Shown here: one piece after another, positions 45,015 to 54,842 of the stretch
Position numbering within the stretch: the stretch's first letter is position 1
How the letters are laid out: each line of letters starts with the position of its first letter
Assembly: GCA_965242725.1 (NCBI GenBank)
Contig: CBDESZ010000025.1
Coordinates: 320,001 to 384,000 of the forward strand
Origin: Alkalispirochaeta sp.
Lineage (GTDB): Bacteria > Spirochaetota > Spirochaetia > DSM-27196 > Alkalispirochaetaceae
Direction of reading: 5' to 3'
DNA length: 64,000 nucleotides
Notes under the pieces: generated by a model
What the model was told of the DNA's origin: nothing
Seen by the model: the letters and a program-made list of their open reading frames with translations, nothing else
Database searches by the model: none
Translations under genes and position numbers: made by a program

Positions 45015-46592
45015 GTGCAATTAATCGGCGGTGTCGGACTTGATATCCACACCCGGTTGGCACCGAACTCCGCACCCCCTTCGTCATCTGAAGGTACTTC
45101 CTTTCAGGATTACCTCTCGGGAGTCGGAGCGGCGGAAGGACCACCTGAAAAGAAACCACAAAGGAGCGGTCAGCCCGGGCAACAATCCGGGGATGATCGC
45201 AGCTCACCGAAGAAAAAGCCCGGGGGTATAGACAGCTCCGGCGAGGATGAGGCGACCAAGAGCGCCATGCATCACGCCGAATCCGCCCGGACCGCCCGAC
45301 CGGAAGGCAGGCACAAGACGTCCGACGGTGATGATCCGGTCAAAACCGCGGCAAAGGCGTCGGGAACACGACAGACCGTGTCGGCGGCGCGGGATGACCG
45401 GGCACTTCCTGGAAAGAACGGCGAACTGCCCTCTCCCGAGACCGTGAAAACGGTAAAAGTTGACAAAAGCGGCCAGGGTTTTCCGACGGTCCTCAAGACA
45501 GGCAGCAAAGACAAAGGTATCTCCACCGTCGTTGAAGGGGCGTCGACGAAACAGGACGCACCGGCGACATCACCCGGCAATGCAGTCAGGGACGAGGGAA
45601 AGGTACATTCCGCGACTGCGGCGGCGGAGCCGACGAGTCGTACAGTCGACGCTCCCCGCGAGGGGAAGGCCGCCGATCCCGACACCCATGGATCTCCGGA
45701 AGAGGGGGCTGTCCCGTCGTCATCGGCGATGGCTGCCGCATCCGACGCAACAAAGGAGACCCACAAAAGCGCAAAGGCGTCCACCGCACTTTCCCGCGAC
45801 GGTATGACTGTGGAGAAGGGGTACGTTGGAAACACGTCGCCGGCGGGAAAAGGTGTCGGGAAGAGCCGGCTCAAGGAGACGGGAAATAGATCCGTACCCG
45901 AGGCGGCGGTCCGACAGAAGCCGGACGCTGAAAAGACGGTGCGGCGCGGCCGGGATGTCACGGACATCGAGGTCAACCTTTCACGGGAAGGCACCTCCAG
46001 GGACGCACTCGAAACATCGACGGAACCGATCACCGGCGAAGAGTGGAATGAGGAGCTCCCGGTAGAGGAGCGGTTGGACCGCATGATTTCCGCCCGCCTT
46101 GACCAACCCGCCACGGAACATACCCAGCGGCAGGTAGGGACGCATCAGGCGGCAGGAAACCTTTCCCGTCGACTCAATGGAGATCTGGGGGCAAACATCG
46201 TCCGACAGGCGAAAATCATGCTTTCTGAAGCCGATAAGGCGGAGATTCGACTGATCATCAGACCGCCCGAACTCGGCCGTGTGCGGATTAACCTCCAGAT
46301 GGAAAACGGCCATATAGCCGGACGGATTCTTGTCGATAATGGAAGCGTACGGGAAGTGATTGAACAGAATCTCCCGGCGCTACAACGGGCTTTTGCGGAA
46401 GCAGGGCTGGATGTCGGCGAGTTCGACGTTGCCAGCGGTGATCCCCGTGATCACGCCGCGTCGGACGACGACGGACGCTCCTCCCGCGGCGGAAACGCAT
46501 CGAGGGGACGCCGGGCCGACGCATTTGCGGAGAGCATCACCGTAATTGAAGTGAATGACTACAGCCACCGGCGCATCAATCTGGTGGCATAA
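45015..46592 (+). CDS. fliK: hook-length control protein FliK
   Basis: long low-complexity N-terminus; C-terminal IRLIIRPPELGRVRI domain. Confidence 0.88.
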   Translation: MQLIGGVGLDIHTRLAPNSAPPSSSEGTSFQDYLSGVGAAEGPPEKKPQRSGQPGQQSGDDRSSPKKKPGGIDSSGEDEATKSAMHHAESARTARPEGRHKTSDGDDPVKTAAKASGTRQTVSAARDDRALPGKNGELPSPETVKTVKVDKSGQGFPTVLKTGSKDKGISTVVEGASTKQDAPATSPGNAVRDEGKVHSATAAAEPTSRTVDAPREGKAADPDTHGSPEEGAVPSSSAMAAASDATKETHKSAKASTALSRDGMTVEKGYVGNTSPAGKGVGKSRLKETGNRSVPEAAVRQKPDAEKTVRRGRDVTDIEVNLSREGTSRDALETSTEPITGEEWNEELPVEERLDRMISARLDQPATEHTQRQVGTHQAAGNLSRRLNGDLGANIVRQAKIMLSEADKAEIRLIIRPPELGRVRINLQMENGHIAGRILVDNGSVREVIEQNLPALQRAFAEAGLDVGEFDVASGDPRDHAASDDDGRSSRGGNASRGRRADAFAESITVIEVNDYSHRRINLVA

Positions 46593-46604
46593 GAAGGAGC
46601 TGGA

Positions 46605-47039
46605 ATGGATATTCCGATGTCGATGAGTTCCACCGAACGCGGACGCACGCAGGCACAGGTGGAAGCATTTAACAGCGCACTGCAACGACAAGGTGGAGCG
46701 GGCCAGGAGCTCGGGCGCGATGATTTTCTCAAGATTCTTTTGACCCAACTCCAGAACCAGGATCCCACCAAACCGATGGAGGACAAGGAGTTCATCGCCC
46801 AAATGGCACAATTCTCGTCGCTGGAACAGATGAACAACATCTCCCGGGGTTTTCAGGAAATGAACTCCCTCCTGAGTTCAAATCAGGCGCTGCAGCTCCT
46901 CGGTCGAACCGTGGAAATACAGCAGGGAGAACAGCTTATTCGCGGGACGGTAACCGGCGTAACCAGCGGTGCGATGCCCGAGTTAACGGTAAATAGCGGA
47001 ACGTATCAGTATTCCGACCTTGTTCGGGTCGTTCAATAG
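46605..47039 (+). CDS. flgD: hook cap protein FlgD
   Basis: DFLKILLTQLQNQDPTKPM, AQMAQFSSLEQ. Confidence 0.95.
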   Translation: MDIPMSMSSTERGRTQAQVEAFNSALQRQGGAGQELGRDDFLKILLTQLQNQDPTKPMEDKEFIAQMAQFSSLEQMNNISRGFQEMNSLLSSNQALQLLGRTVEIQQGEQLIRGTVTGVTSGAMPELTVNSGTYQYSDLVRVVQ

Positions 47040-47050
47040 GAGGCAGCAGC

Positions 47051-48463
47051 ATGATGCGATCATTGTATTCCGGCGTATCGGGACTACAAAACCATCAGGT
47101 CCGCATGGACGTGATCGGTAACAACATTTCAAATGTCAACACCACCGGCTTCAAGCGGGGACGCGTCAATTTTCAGGACATGATCTCCCAGATGATGCAG
47201 GGGCCGGCCCGACCAAATGAGCGGGTGGGTGGTGTGAATCCCAAACAGGTGGGACTGGGAATGCAGGTTGCCTCCATCGACACGATCCATACCCAGGGCT
47301 CGCTGCAGACCACCGGGGTCAAGAGCGACGTGGCGATTCAGGGAGCGGGCTTTTTCGTCCTTCGCGCCGGCGATGAGGATTTCTTCACCCGGGCGGGTAA
47401 CTTCAACGTCGATTCCGAAGGCTTTCTCGTCAATCCGGCAAACGGCATGCGGGTGCAGGGCTGGAACGCCGAGACGGTGGACGGCCAGACTCTCATCGAT
47501 ACGTCGGCGACGGTGGAGGATCTGATCATTCCCGTGGGAAGCAAGGACCCGGCGCAGCAGACGACGGAGGTCTATCTCGCTTCAAACCTCAACAAAAATA
47601 CGCCGATCATTCCGCCCGGCGCAACGGACGCCCAGATTCAGGACGGAACGTGGACGGTTGAATACGACGTGTATGACTCCTTCGGTGGTACCCACACCCT
47701 GCGCATAGACTTTACCCGCAACCCCGACGCTGAAAACCAGTGGATCGGCACCGTCGCAATCAACCCCGAGGACGAAGAGGCGATTCCCCAACAGGTATCG
47801 GTAGGGGGCGTCGACGCCGCCGACGGAGAGACCTTCATCGTCGAGTTTGGAAACGACGGCACCCTCCTTTCCGCCCAGAACGGTGAAGGCGGTATCGCCG
47901 ACGAAGACATGATCAGTGTTCAGGTCACATACGACGTTCCGGCGACGAGTATTCCCCTCGATCCCGAGACGGGTCTGCCCCAGGACGGTCCGGTGACTCA
48001 GACATTCAATCTCAATCTCGGGGAGCAGGGCGCCTTTGTCGACTCCATGACCCAGTACGCCTCGTCAAGTTCGACGAAGGTTTTCCAGCAGAACGGATTC
48101 CCCATGGGCTATCTGGAAGACTACCGTATCGATTCCAGCGGAATCATTACGGGAATTTTTTCAAACGGAAACAACCGCTCCCTCGGACAGTTGTCGATTG
48201 CGACCTTCCGAAACCCCGGCGGGCTGGAAAAGAGCGGTGACACCAATTTCCAGGAGTCCATAAACTCGGGTATCGCCGATATCGGGACGGTGGGTGTCGC
48301 CGGCAAGGGCAATATCATCGCCGGCGCCCTGGAGATGAGCAACGTCGATCTGGCGGAGCAGTTTACCGACATGATCGTTACCCAGAGGGGCTTCCAGGCC
48401 AACAGCAAGACGATTCAGACGTCGGACCAGATGCTCCAGGAACTCTTAACACTGAAGCGATAA
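47051..48463 (+). CDS. flgE: flagellar hook protein FlgE
   Basis: MMRSLYSGVSG, GNNISNVNTTGFK, LEMSNVDLAEQFTDMI. Confidence 0.97.
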   Translation: MMRSLYSGVSGLQNHQVRMDVIGNNISNVNTTGFKRGRVNFQDMISQMMQGPARPNERVGGVNPKQVGLGMQVASIDTIHTQGSLQTTGVKSDVAIQGAGFFVLRAGDEDFFTRAGNFNVDSEGFLVNPANGMRVQGWNAETVDGQTLIDTSATVEDLIIPVGSKDPAQQTTEVYLASNLNKNTPIIPPGATDAQIQDGTWTVEYDVYDSFGGTHTLRIDFTRNPDAENQWIGTVAINPEDEEAIPQQVSVGGVDAADGETFIVEFGNDGTLLSAQNGEGGIADEDMISVQVTYDVPATSIPLDPETGLPQDGPVTQTFNLNLGEQGAFVDSMTQYASSSSTKVFQQNGFPMGYLEDYRIDSSGIITGIFSNGNNRSLGQLSIATFRNPGGLEKSGDTNFQESINSGIADIGTVGVAGKGNIIAGALEMSNVDLAEQFTDMIVTQRGFQANSKTIQTSDQMLQELLTLKR

Positions 48464-48483
48464 TGGGAGTATTTTAGGAGAGC

Positions 48484-48681
48484 ATGATACTATTGACGAG
48501 ACTTGACGGCCGTGAGTTCTATCTCAATCCCCATCAGATTGAATACATAGAGCTGAATCCGGATACGACGTTAATCATGCTCTCCGGGAAACGGTTGGTG
48601 GTGAAGGAAGACTACCAGACGATCCTTGAACGGATTGTCACGTACCGCAAGGAATTGAGCGTGTACAACAATGAGGAGTAG
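48484..48681 (+). CDS. flbD: flagellar protein FlbD/SwrD
   Basis: MILLTRLDG..FYLNPHQIE.IE..PDT. Confidence 0.9.
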   Translation: MILLTRLDGREFYLNPHQIEYIELNPDTTLIMLSGKRLVVKEDYQTILERIVTYRKELSVYNNEE

Positions 48682-48687
48682 GAACCG

Positions 48688-49473
48688 GTGGATTTAGGAA
48701 CAGTACTTGGGCTTGTCGTCGGTTTTGTCATGGTCGCCATGGGTATCATCCTCGGCGGCGTCGGTATCGGACCGTACATAAGCATTGACTCAGTTCTCAT
48801 TACACTCCTCGGCTCATTTGGCGCCATGATGGTTGCCAACCCCCTGGCCCGGATTCTCGGGGTCGGTTCCTATTTGAGACACGCCTTTACCACCACGAAC
48901 TGGAATGAAGAAGAGCTGATCAGTCAGCTCGTCGGTTTTTCAGATCGCGCCCGCAAGGAGGGGCTTCTCGCGCTTGAGGACAATCTCGACGCGGTGGAAG
49001 ACGAGTTCATGCGGAAGGGGATTCAGCTCGTCGTAGACGGAACGGACCCTGACATCATTAAGAGCATCCTCTTTGCCGACCTCGATCAGCTTCAGGCGCG
49101 GCATGAGACGGGAATCAAGATTTTTGACGACTGGTCCAAGATCGCTCCGGCATTTGGAATGATCGGAACTCTGGTAGGTCTTATCGCAATGCTTGGGAAC
49201 ATCGGTGGTGACTCCTCCGCAATCGGTCGCGGTATGCAGACCGCTCTTGTCACCACATTATACGGATCATTCTTCGCCAACCTCTTCCTCATTCCCGTGA
49301 AGAGCAAACTTGAAGATCGCAATAACGAGGAGTCCCGCGTCAGGGAGATCGTCATTGAGGGAATACTCTCCATTCAGAGCGGAGACAATCCCCGTATCCT
49401 CCTGGAAAAACTCGTTTCGTTCCTGCCTCCCGGACAGCGACAGGCGGTACGCCAGGAAAGCGGCGGGGATTGA
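48688..49473 (+). CDS. motA: stator A subunit (MotA/PomA/MotP family)
   Basis: ARKEGLLALE, APAFGMIGT, TTLYG. Confidence 0.95.
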   Translation: MDLGTVLGLVVGFVMVAMGIILGGVGIGPYISIDSVLITLLGSFGAMMVANPLARILGVGSYLRHAFTTTNWNEEELISQLVGFSDRARKEGLLALEDNLDAVEDEFMRKGIQLVVDGTDPDIIKSILFADLDQLQARHETGIKIFDDWSKIAPAFGMIGTLVGLIAMLGNIGGDSSAIGRGMQTALVTTLYGSFFANLFLIPVKSKLEDRNNEESRVREIVIEGILSIQSGDNPRILLEKLVSFLPPGQRQAVRQESGGD

Positions 49474-49497
49474 TCGATGATCGGGTAAGAAACGACT

Positions 49498-50233
49498 ATG
49501 GCAGCAGAGCGAAATAAATGCAAAAAATGTCCCCCCCGAAGGCGCACCGGACTACATGTTGACCTACGGGGACATGGTTACGCTCCTTCTCACCTTTTTT
49601 GTCATGCTCCTGACCACGGCTACCATCGATGGTCACGAGCTTCGACTCATTCTGGCGGCCTTTCCCGGTCTGGGAAACCTTGAAGGGGGTAACACCCTGG
49701 AGGCGGGGCCGCTTGCGGAGCTGGGAAATACGATAGAGACGCTGCCCTCCATGGAACGGGGACGGGCGCTGGACGAGGCACGGCGACAGGCGGTAAGCAT
49801 TTTCAACCCGGAGATCCAGTCCCAGCAGGTCCGCGTACAGGAGGATGAACGGGGGCTCGTCATTTCTCTCGCGTCGGACGCCTTTTTCGGCCCCGCCAGT
49901 GCGGAGGTCAATATCGAGCAGACCAGGGAAATCCTGCAGAAACTTGCCCGGTTATTGAACAACGACTCCCTTGACGACCGGACGTTCCGCATTGAAGGGC
50001 ATACCGACGCGGTCCCGACCGATCCCGACGGGCCGTGGCCGTCAAACTGGGACCTCTCCGTTGCACGCTCCCTGAATGTGTTTAAATACCTCCAGGAGTT
50101 CGGCGTCGACGAGACACAGTTTCAGGTCATGGGGCTCGGTGATACGCGACCCATGTACGATAACAGCACCGCCGAGGGCCGGGCGTATAATCGGCGGGTA
50201 GATGTGATTATTTTGACCGAGGGTCATTTGTGA
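49498..50233 (+). CDS. motB: stator B subunit MotB, split by a +1 frameshift at C7 (49531-49537); main ORF 49556-50233
   Basis: frame A MAAERNKCKKCPP, then frame B EGAPDYMLTYGDMVTLLLTFF...IEGHTD...SNWDLSVAR...NRRVD (OmpA-like domain). Confidence 0.9.
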
Positions 50234-50259
50234 CCGTCGGAGGACCAAGGAGATAAGCC

Positions 50260-50823
50260 ATGTCGGACGAAATGTTTGATGCTGAAGATGAAGGCAGAGG
50301 TGAAGAGCAACAGTCAACGACCGGCAAAAAGAAAATAGGCTTTTTACCGGCCATCGTCATAGACATTCTCAAATGGAGCGCCATCGTCATCGGCGCGATC
50401 ATCTTTATCGTGGTGGTGGTCGTCATAACCGTGCGGATGATGGGAAGCGGCAGTCAGGCTACGGCAACCCGCCTTCCACTGGAGAGTGAATACGAGGATC
50501 AGAGCGCCGAACTCCTCGACTGGTACAGTGAAGTCGGCGAGATTCGCGGGCGGACCACCGACCAGGTCGCCAGGACTTTTATTATTCTGCCCCACATCGG
50601 CTACAGCCCCGAAAATGAGGCGGTGCTCCCCGAGCTCATTCAACGACGGGTCCGTATCAAAGAGGCGATCAACATGTATTTTGCGGACCATTCCATAAAT
50701 GAGCTGGAAGGAAACGCCAACCGGACGCGGGTGAAGCGGGAACTCACGGAGCGGATAAACAGGATCATGACCAATGACATTCGGGACGTCGCATTTGACC
50801 GTTACGAATTTATAGAATTCTAG
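50260..50823 (+). CDS. fliL: flagellar basal body-associated protein FliL
   Basis: single TM; between motB and fliM; KRELTERIN. Confidence 0.85.
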   Translation: MSDEMFDAEDEGRGEEQQSTTGKKKIGFLPAIVIDILKWSAIVIGAIIFIVVVVVITVRMMGSGSQATATRLPLESEYEDQSAELLDWYSEVGEIRGRTTDQVARTFIILPHIGYSPENEAVLPELIQRRVRIKEAINMYFADHSINELEGNANRTRVKRELTERINRIMTNDIRDVAFDRYEFIEF

Positions 50824-50897
50824 AAAAAAGCGTTTTCATGCTTGCAAAAGGTGGAAACATGTGTAAAAAATGAGAAAGGGAGGGGGTTTATACTGGC

Positions 50898-51923
50898 ATG
50901 AATGAAGTCCTGTCGCAGGACGAAATTGATCAACTACTCACCGCAATTTCCTCAGGTGATGTCGAGACGGAAGAACGCACTCAGCCGACTGAGTCTCGAA
51001 AGATCAAGATTTATGATTTCAAGCGTCCCGACAAATTTTCAAAGGAACAGATCCGCACCGTCTCCATCATGCATGAGACCTTTGCCCGGTTGACGACCAC
51101 GGCGTTGAGCGCCCAGTTACGCAGTCTCATAAACGTCCACGTGGCAAGTGTCGATCAGCTCACCTATGAAGAATTCATTCGGTCCATCCCCAATCCGACA
51201 ACCCTCGGCGTAATAAACATGGATCCCCTCAAAGGATCTGCCATTCTGGAAGTGGATCCGGCGATTACCTTTGCAATTATCGACCGCCTCTTCGGAGGAC
51301 AGGGTGAAGGCACCAAGGTCAGTCGTGACCTTACCGATATCGAACAGACGGTCATGGAGGGGATTATCGTCCGCATATTGGGAAACATGCGGGAGGCGTG
51401 GTCTCAGGTCATCGATCTCAGGCCCCGGCTCGGTCAGATAGAAACAAATCCCCAGTTTGCCCAGATTGTCCCGCCCTCGGAAATGGTCGTCCTGGTCACC
51501 CTTGAGACGAAGGTCGGAGACGTGGAAGGGATGATGAATTTCTGTATCCCCTACCTGACGATAGAACCGATCATTTCCAAGTTGTCCGCCCAATACTGGT
51601 ATTCCTCGGTACGGCGCGGCGCAACGACTGAGAATCTCAATATCCTGCGGGAGCGTCTCGCCACGATCGAAGTGCCCATGGTCGTGGAGGTCGGATCGAT
51701 GGATCTGCAGGTGCGGGACGTGTTGGGCCTCCAGGTCGGTGACGTTATTCGTCTGCAGGGTACCCACATTCACGACAATATGGCCCTACGGGTGGGAGAC
51801 AGAAAAAAATTCTGGTGCAAGCCGGGACAGATAGGAAACAAGCTCGCCGTTCAGGTCATCAGGATGATCGAAGAGGTACAGGAAGAGGAATTTGAAGAGC
51901 TTGTGGCGGAAGAAGGAGAGTAA
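50898..51923 (+). CDS. fliM: motor switch protein FliM
   Basis: LSQDEIDQLL, YDFKRPDKFSKEQ. Confidence 0.97.
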   Translation: MNEVLSQDEIDQLLTAISSGDVETEERTQPTESRKIKIYDFKRPDKFSKEQIRTVSIMHETFARLTTTALSAQLRSLINVHVASVDQLTYEEFIRSIPNPTTLGVINMDPLKGSAILEVDPAITFAIIDRLFGGQGEGTKVSRDLTDIEQTVMEGIIVRILGNMREAWSQVIDLRPRLGQIETNPQFAQIVPPSEMVVLVTLETKVGDVEGMMNFCIPYLTIEPIISKLSAQYWYSSVRRGATTENLNILRERLATIEVPMVVEVGSMDLQVRDVLGLQVGDVIRLQGTHIHDNMALRVGDRKKFWCKPGQIGNKLAVQVIRMIEEVQEEEFEELVAEEGE

Positions 51924-51926
51924 GGA

Positions 51927-53006
51927 ATGAGCGACGGTTCACTGTCCCAAGACGAAATTGATGCCCTCCTCGCGGGAACCGGCGATATAGATCTCGGAGA
52001 CAGCTCCGGCGGTGGAAGCTCGTCCGCGTCCGGCGGCTCCCTGGACGGTCTGAAAGCGGCGCTCGGAGAAACGGTGGAGCAACAACAGTCAAATATGGCG
52101 ATGATCACCGGTGAAGAGGTGAAGGTTGCACAGCCGACGGTAAACGGCGGAACACCCTCCGGCCTGAAGGGGCAGATGGTCCAGATCACCTACAATTTCG
52201 GTGACGCCGGTCGGCATCTGTACCTTCTGTCCGAGGATGACGCGATTCAGTTTGCCTCTGCTTCGATGGGGCTTGAAGACATTGAACTCGACGCCGCCGC
52301 GCTCAACGCCGTGCAGGAGGTGTTCTCCCAGGTTTCCGGTCCGGTGGTAAACGTTCTGAGTGACAGGACGGGAATCACAATCATTCCATCGCCTCCGGAA
52401 GCGACGACGGTGGACGTGTCGGGTGTGTCCTATCCGGATGATCCGGTGTATGCGCGCTACTCGATAACCCTCGGGGATAACAGTGCGACCCTCTATGAAA
52501 TTTTTGAAAGCGAATTTGCCGCGCGCCTTGCGCCGGCAGGCGGCCGGAGTTCGGGCGGCGCACCGCAACAGAACGCGGGGATGCAGCAATCCGCCGGCGG
52601 TCAGGGAATGCAGCAGGGCGGACAGATGTACGGAGGCGGTATGGGAAACATGATGGGCGGCGGTATGTCCGGCTTCGGCGGAGGTGGCGCCAACGTACAG
52701 TCTGTCCAATTCCCCAGCCTCCAGCAGCACGGCGGGTCCGGGGAGCAGGGCAACATCGGTCTGCTCATGGACGTGTACATGGAAATGACCGTCGAGCTCG
52801 GGCGTACCAAGAAACTCATTCGGGAAATCCTCGGTATGGGTGAAGGTACGATAATAGAGCTGGACAAACTCGCCGGTGAACCGGTGGATATTCTTGTCAA
52901 TCATAAACTCATCGCAAAGGGAGAGGTTGTCGTCATCGACGAGAACTTCGGTGTACGTGTAACGGAAATTGTATCTCCAATGGAGCGGGTGAGTGATATG
53001 ACCTGA
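51927..53006 (+). CDS. fliY: motor switch protein FliY/FliN (CheC-like plus SpoA domain)
   Basis: LSQDEIDALL, degenerate CheC-like middle region, C-terminal VELGRT...GEVVVIDENFGVR. Confidence 0.85.
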   Translation: MSDGSLSQDEIDALLAGTGDIDLGDSSGGGSSSASGGSLDGLKAALGETVEQQQSNMAMITGEEVKVAQPTVNGGTPSGLKGQMVQITYNFGDAGRHLYLLSEDDAIQFASASMGLEDIELDAAALNAVQEVFSQVSGPVVNVLSDRTGITIIPSPPEATTVDVSGVSYPDDPVYARYSITLGDNSATLYEIFESEFAARLAPAGGRSSGGAPQQNAGMQQSAGGQGMQQGGQMYGGGMGNMMGGGMSGFGGGGANVQSVQFPSLQQHGGSGEQGNIGLLMDVYMEMTVELGRTKKLIREILGMGEGTIIELDKLAGEPVDILVNHKLIAKGEVVVIDENFGVRVTEIVSPMERVSDMT

Positions 53007-53062
53007 TTGTAATACCGTTTGACAGGGGCGGCAGACCCGGGTCAAACGGAAGGGGAGGGGAA

Positions 53063-53734
53063 GTGAAACGATCACGTCTTTGGAGCGCCGCTGTACTGGC
53101 AGGTCTGCTCCTGTTTTCTGTATCTACAATACCGGTATATGCTCAGGACACCGGCATCTCTGAATCTCCGGACGACACAGGTGCGTCACCGATGGAGGGA
53201 GAGGAGCAATACGTCTTTTCCGGAGACGGCGGGAGCGGCACCGGGGAAGGGGAAAATGCGCCGGCTGAACTCGACACCTTCGGTGTGTGGGATCTGGTAC
53301 GCATGGTGGTGGTCCTTCTTCTCGTCGTTGCCGCCGTGTACGGCGTCATTACCCTGCTGCGGCGACGGATAGAATCACCGGCGAGCGACGAAGAGTCTCC
53401 CATACGCGTCCTGGCCAGTCGAACTCTCAGCACAAATCAGGAACTCCATGCGGTGATGATCGGCCGGCAGGTAATGATTCTCGGCGGTGGAGATGGAGGA
53501 CTCCATCTCATCACCCGCGTCGAGGATCAGGAAACGATCGACGAGTTGATCCTTGCCCACTCCTCCGGGAGTACCGGGGGAAGCAGAGGCAGGACATTCG
53601 GTTCGGTCCTGGCCCAGTGGCTGGGGAACGCCGCCGTTCCGGGTGCAGCCGATTCCCGCAAGGGGGAGGTGGCCGATCGGCCCGGGATGTCGCTGCTGAA
53701 GGCACAGCAGAACCGGTTGAGGAATCTCCGATGA
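53063..53734 (+). CDS. fliO: flagellar biogenesis protein FliO/FliZ
   Basis: signal plus TM, IRVLASRTL..QELHAV.IG; upstream of fliP. Confidence 0.8.
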   Translation: MKRSRLWSAAVLAGLLLFSVSTIPVYAQDTGISESPDDTGASPMEGEEQYVFSGDGGSGTGEGENAPAELDTFGVWDLVRMVVVLLLVVAAVYGVITLLRRRIESPASDEESPIRVLASRTLSTNQELHAVMIGRQVMILGGGDGGLHLITRVEDQETIDELILAHSSGSTGGSRGRTFGSVLAQWLGNAAVPGAADSRKGEVADRPGMSLLKAQQNRLRNLR

Positions 53735-54573
53735 ATCGGACGAGACCGGCGCTGCTCACCACACTTGCCGGAATACTCCTCGTTCTCGCGATAACCGACC
53801 CGGTGTCGGCCCAATCGGTACGTAATCCGACGGCGAACACATTTGCCGATCCCCTCCTGAACCCCGCCGACGGAGAGACGGGACTGCAAATCCCCTTTGT
53901 GGATATGCAGCTCCGTGCGCCGGAGACGGGAGAGGAAGTCGCCCTGTCGTTGCGGTTGCTGCTCATCCTTGCCGTCCTGAGTCTCGCGCCCTCGATGGTC
54001 ATCATCATGACGAGCTTTCTCCGCATCGCCATTGTGCTCGACTTCGTCAAACGGGCGCTGTCCCTTCAGCAGGTGCCGCCGACTCAGGTGCTTCTGGGTA
54101 TCGCCCTCTTCATAACGATCTTTCTCATGTGGCCCACCTTCAATGAAATGTATGAAAATGCCTATCAGCCCCTGCAGGCCGGTGAAATCGGGCTGGACGA
54201 GGCGTACCAGCGCTTTGAAGGTCCGATCCGTGTCTTCATGTTCCGTCAAATGGAACGCGATCCCTCAAGCGTGGCGCTCTTTATGCGCATAGCCGGTCTG
54301 GGGCAGCCCCAGACCCTTGCGGACGTGCCAACCTACGTGCTCATACCCGGATTCATCCTGCACGAACTGACGGTGGCGTTCAAGATTGGGATTCTCCTGT
54401 ACATCCCCTTCATTATCGTGGACATGATCGTCGCGTCGACGCTCATGTCGATGGGTATGATCATGCTGCCGCCGATTATGATCTCCCTGCCGTTCAAGCT
54501 CATTCTCTTCGTACTCGTCGACGGTTGGAATCTGATTGTGCAGCAGCTGGTAGCCAGCTTTGGAGGTTTTTAA
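53731..54573 (+). CDS. fliP: export gate protein FliP
   Basis: MTSFLRI, AFKIG, MGMIMLPP, DGWNL. Confidence 0.96.
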   Translation: MNRTRPALLTTLAGILLVLAITDPVSAQSVRNPTANTFADPLLNPADGETGLQIPFVDMQLRAPETGEEVALSLRLLLILAVLSLAPSMVIIMTSFLRIAIVLDFVKRALSLQQVPPTQVLLGIALFITIFLMWPTFNEMYENAYQPLQAGEIGLDEAYQRFEGPIRVFMFRQMERDPSSVALFMRIAGLGQPQTLADVPTYVLIPGFILHELTVAFKIGILLYIPFIIVDMIVASTLMSMGMIMLPPIMISLPFKLILFVLVDGWNLIVQQLVASFGGF

Positions 54574-54842
54574 TGGATCTCGGATTTGCCGTACTCATGT
54601 TTCGGACCGGAATCTTTCAACTCCTCGTCGTCGCCGCGCCGGCGCTGATCATCGGCATGGTGACGGGTCTCATCATCAGCATCTTTCAGGCGACGACGAG
54701 TATCCAGGAACAGACCCTCACGTTCGTGCCCAAAATCGCGGCCATTCTGCTCTCTCTCATTTTCTTCGGGCCCTGGATGATACAGATGTTGGTTCAATAT
54801 ACGATCAACTTATTTCAACAGATTCCCCAGATGGCCGGCTGA
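54573..54842 (+). CDS. fliQ: export gate protein FliQ
   Basis: FQATTSIQEQTLTFVPK. Confidence 0.96.
   Translation: MDLGFAVLMFRTGIFQLLVVAAPALIIGMVTGLIISIFQATTSIQEQTLTFVPKIAAILLSLIFFGPWMIQMLVQYTINLFQQIPQMAG

Noticed and set aside
49498..49683. 61-aa ORF as an independent small protein
   Set aside because: Its first 13 codons are the MotB N-terminus and the rest is out-of-frame motB sequence
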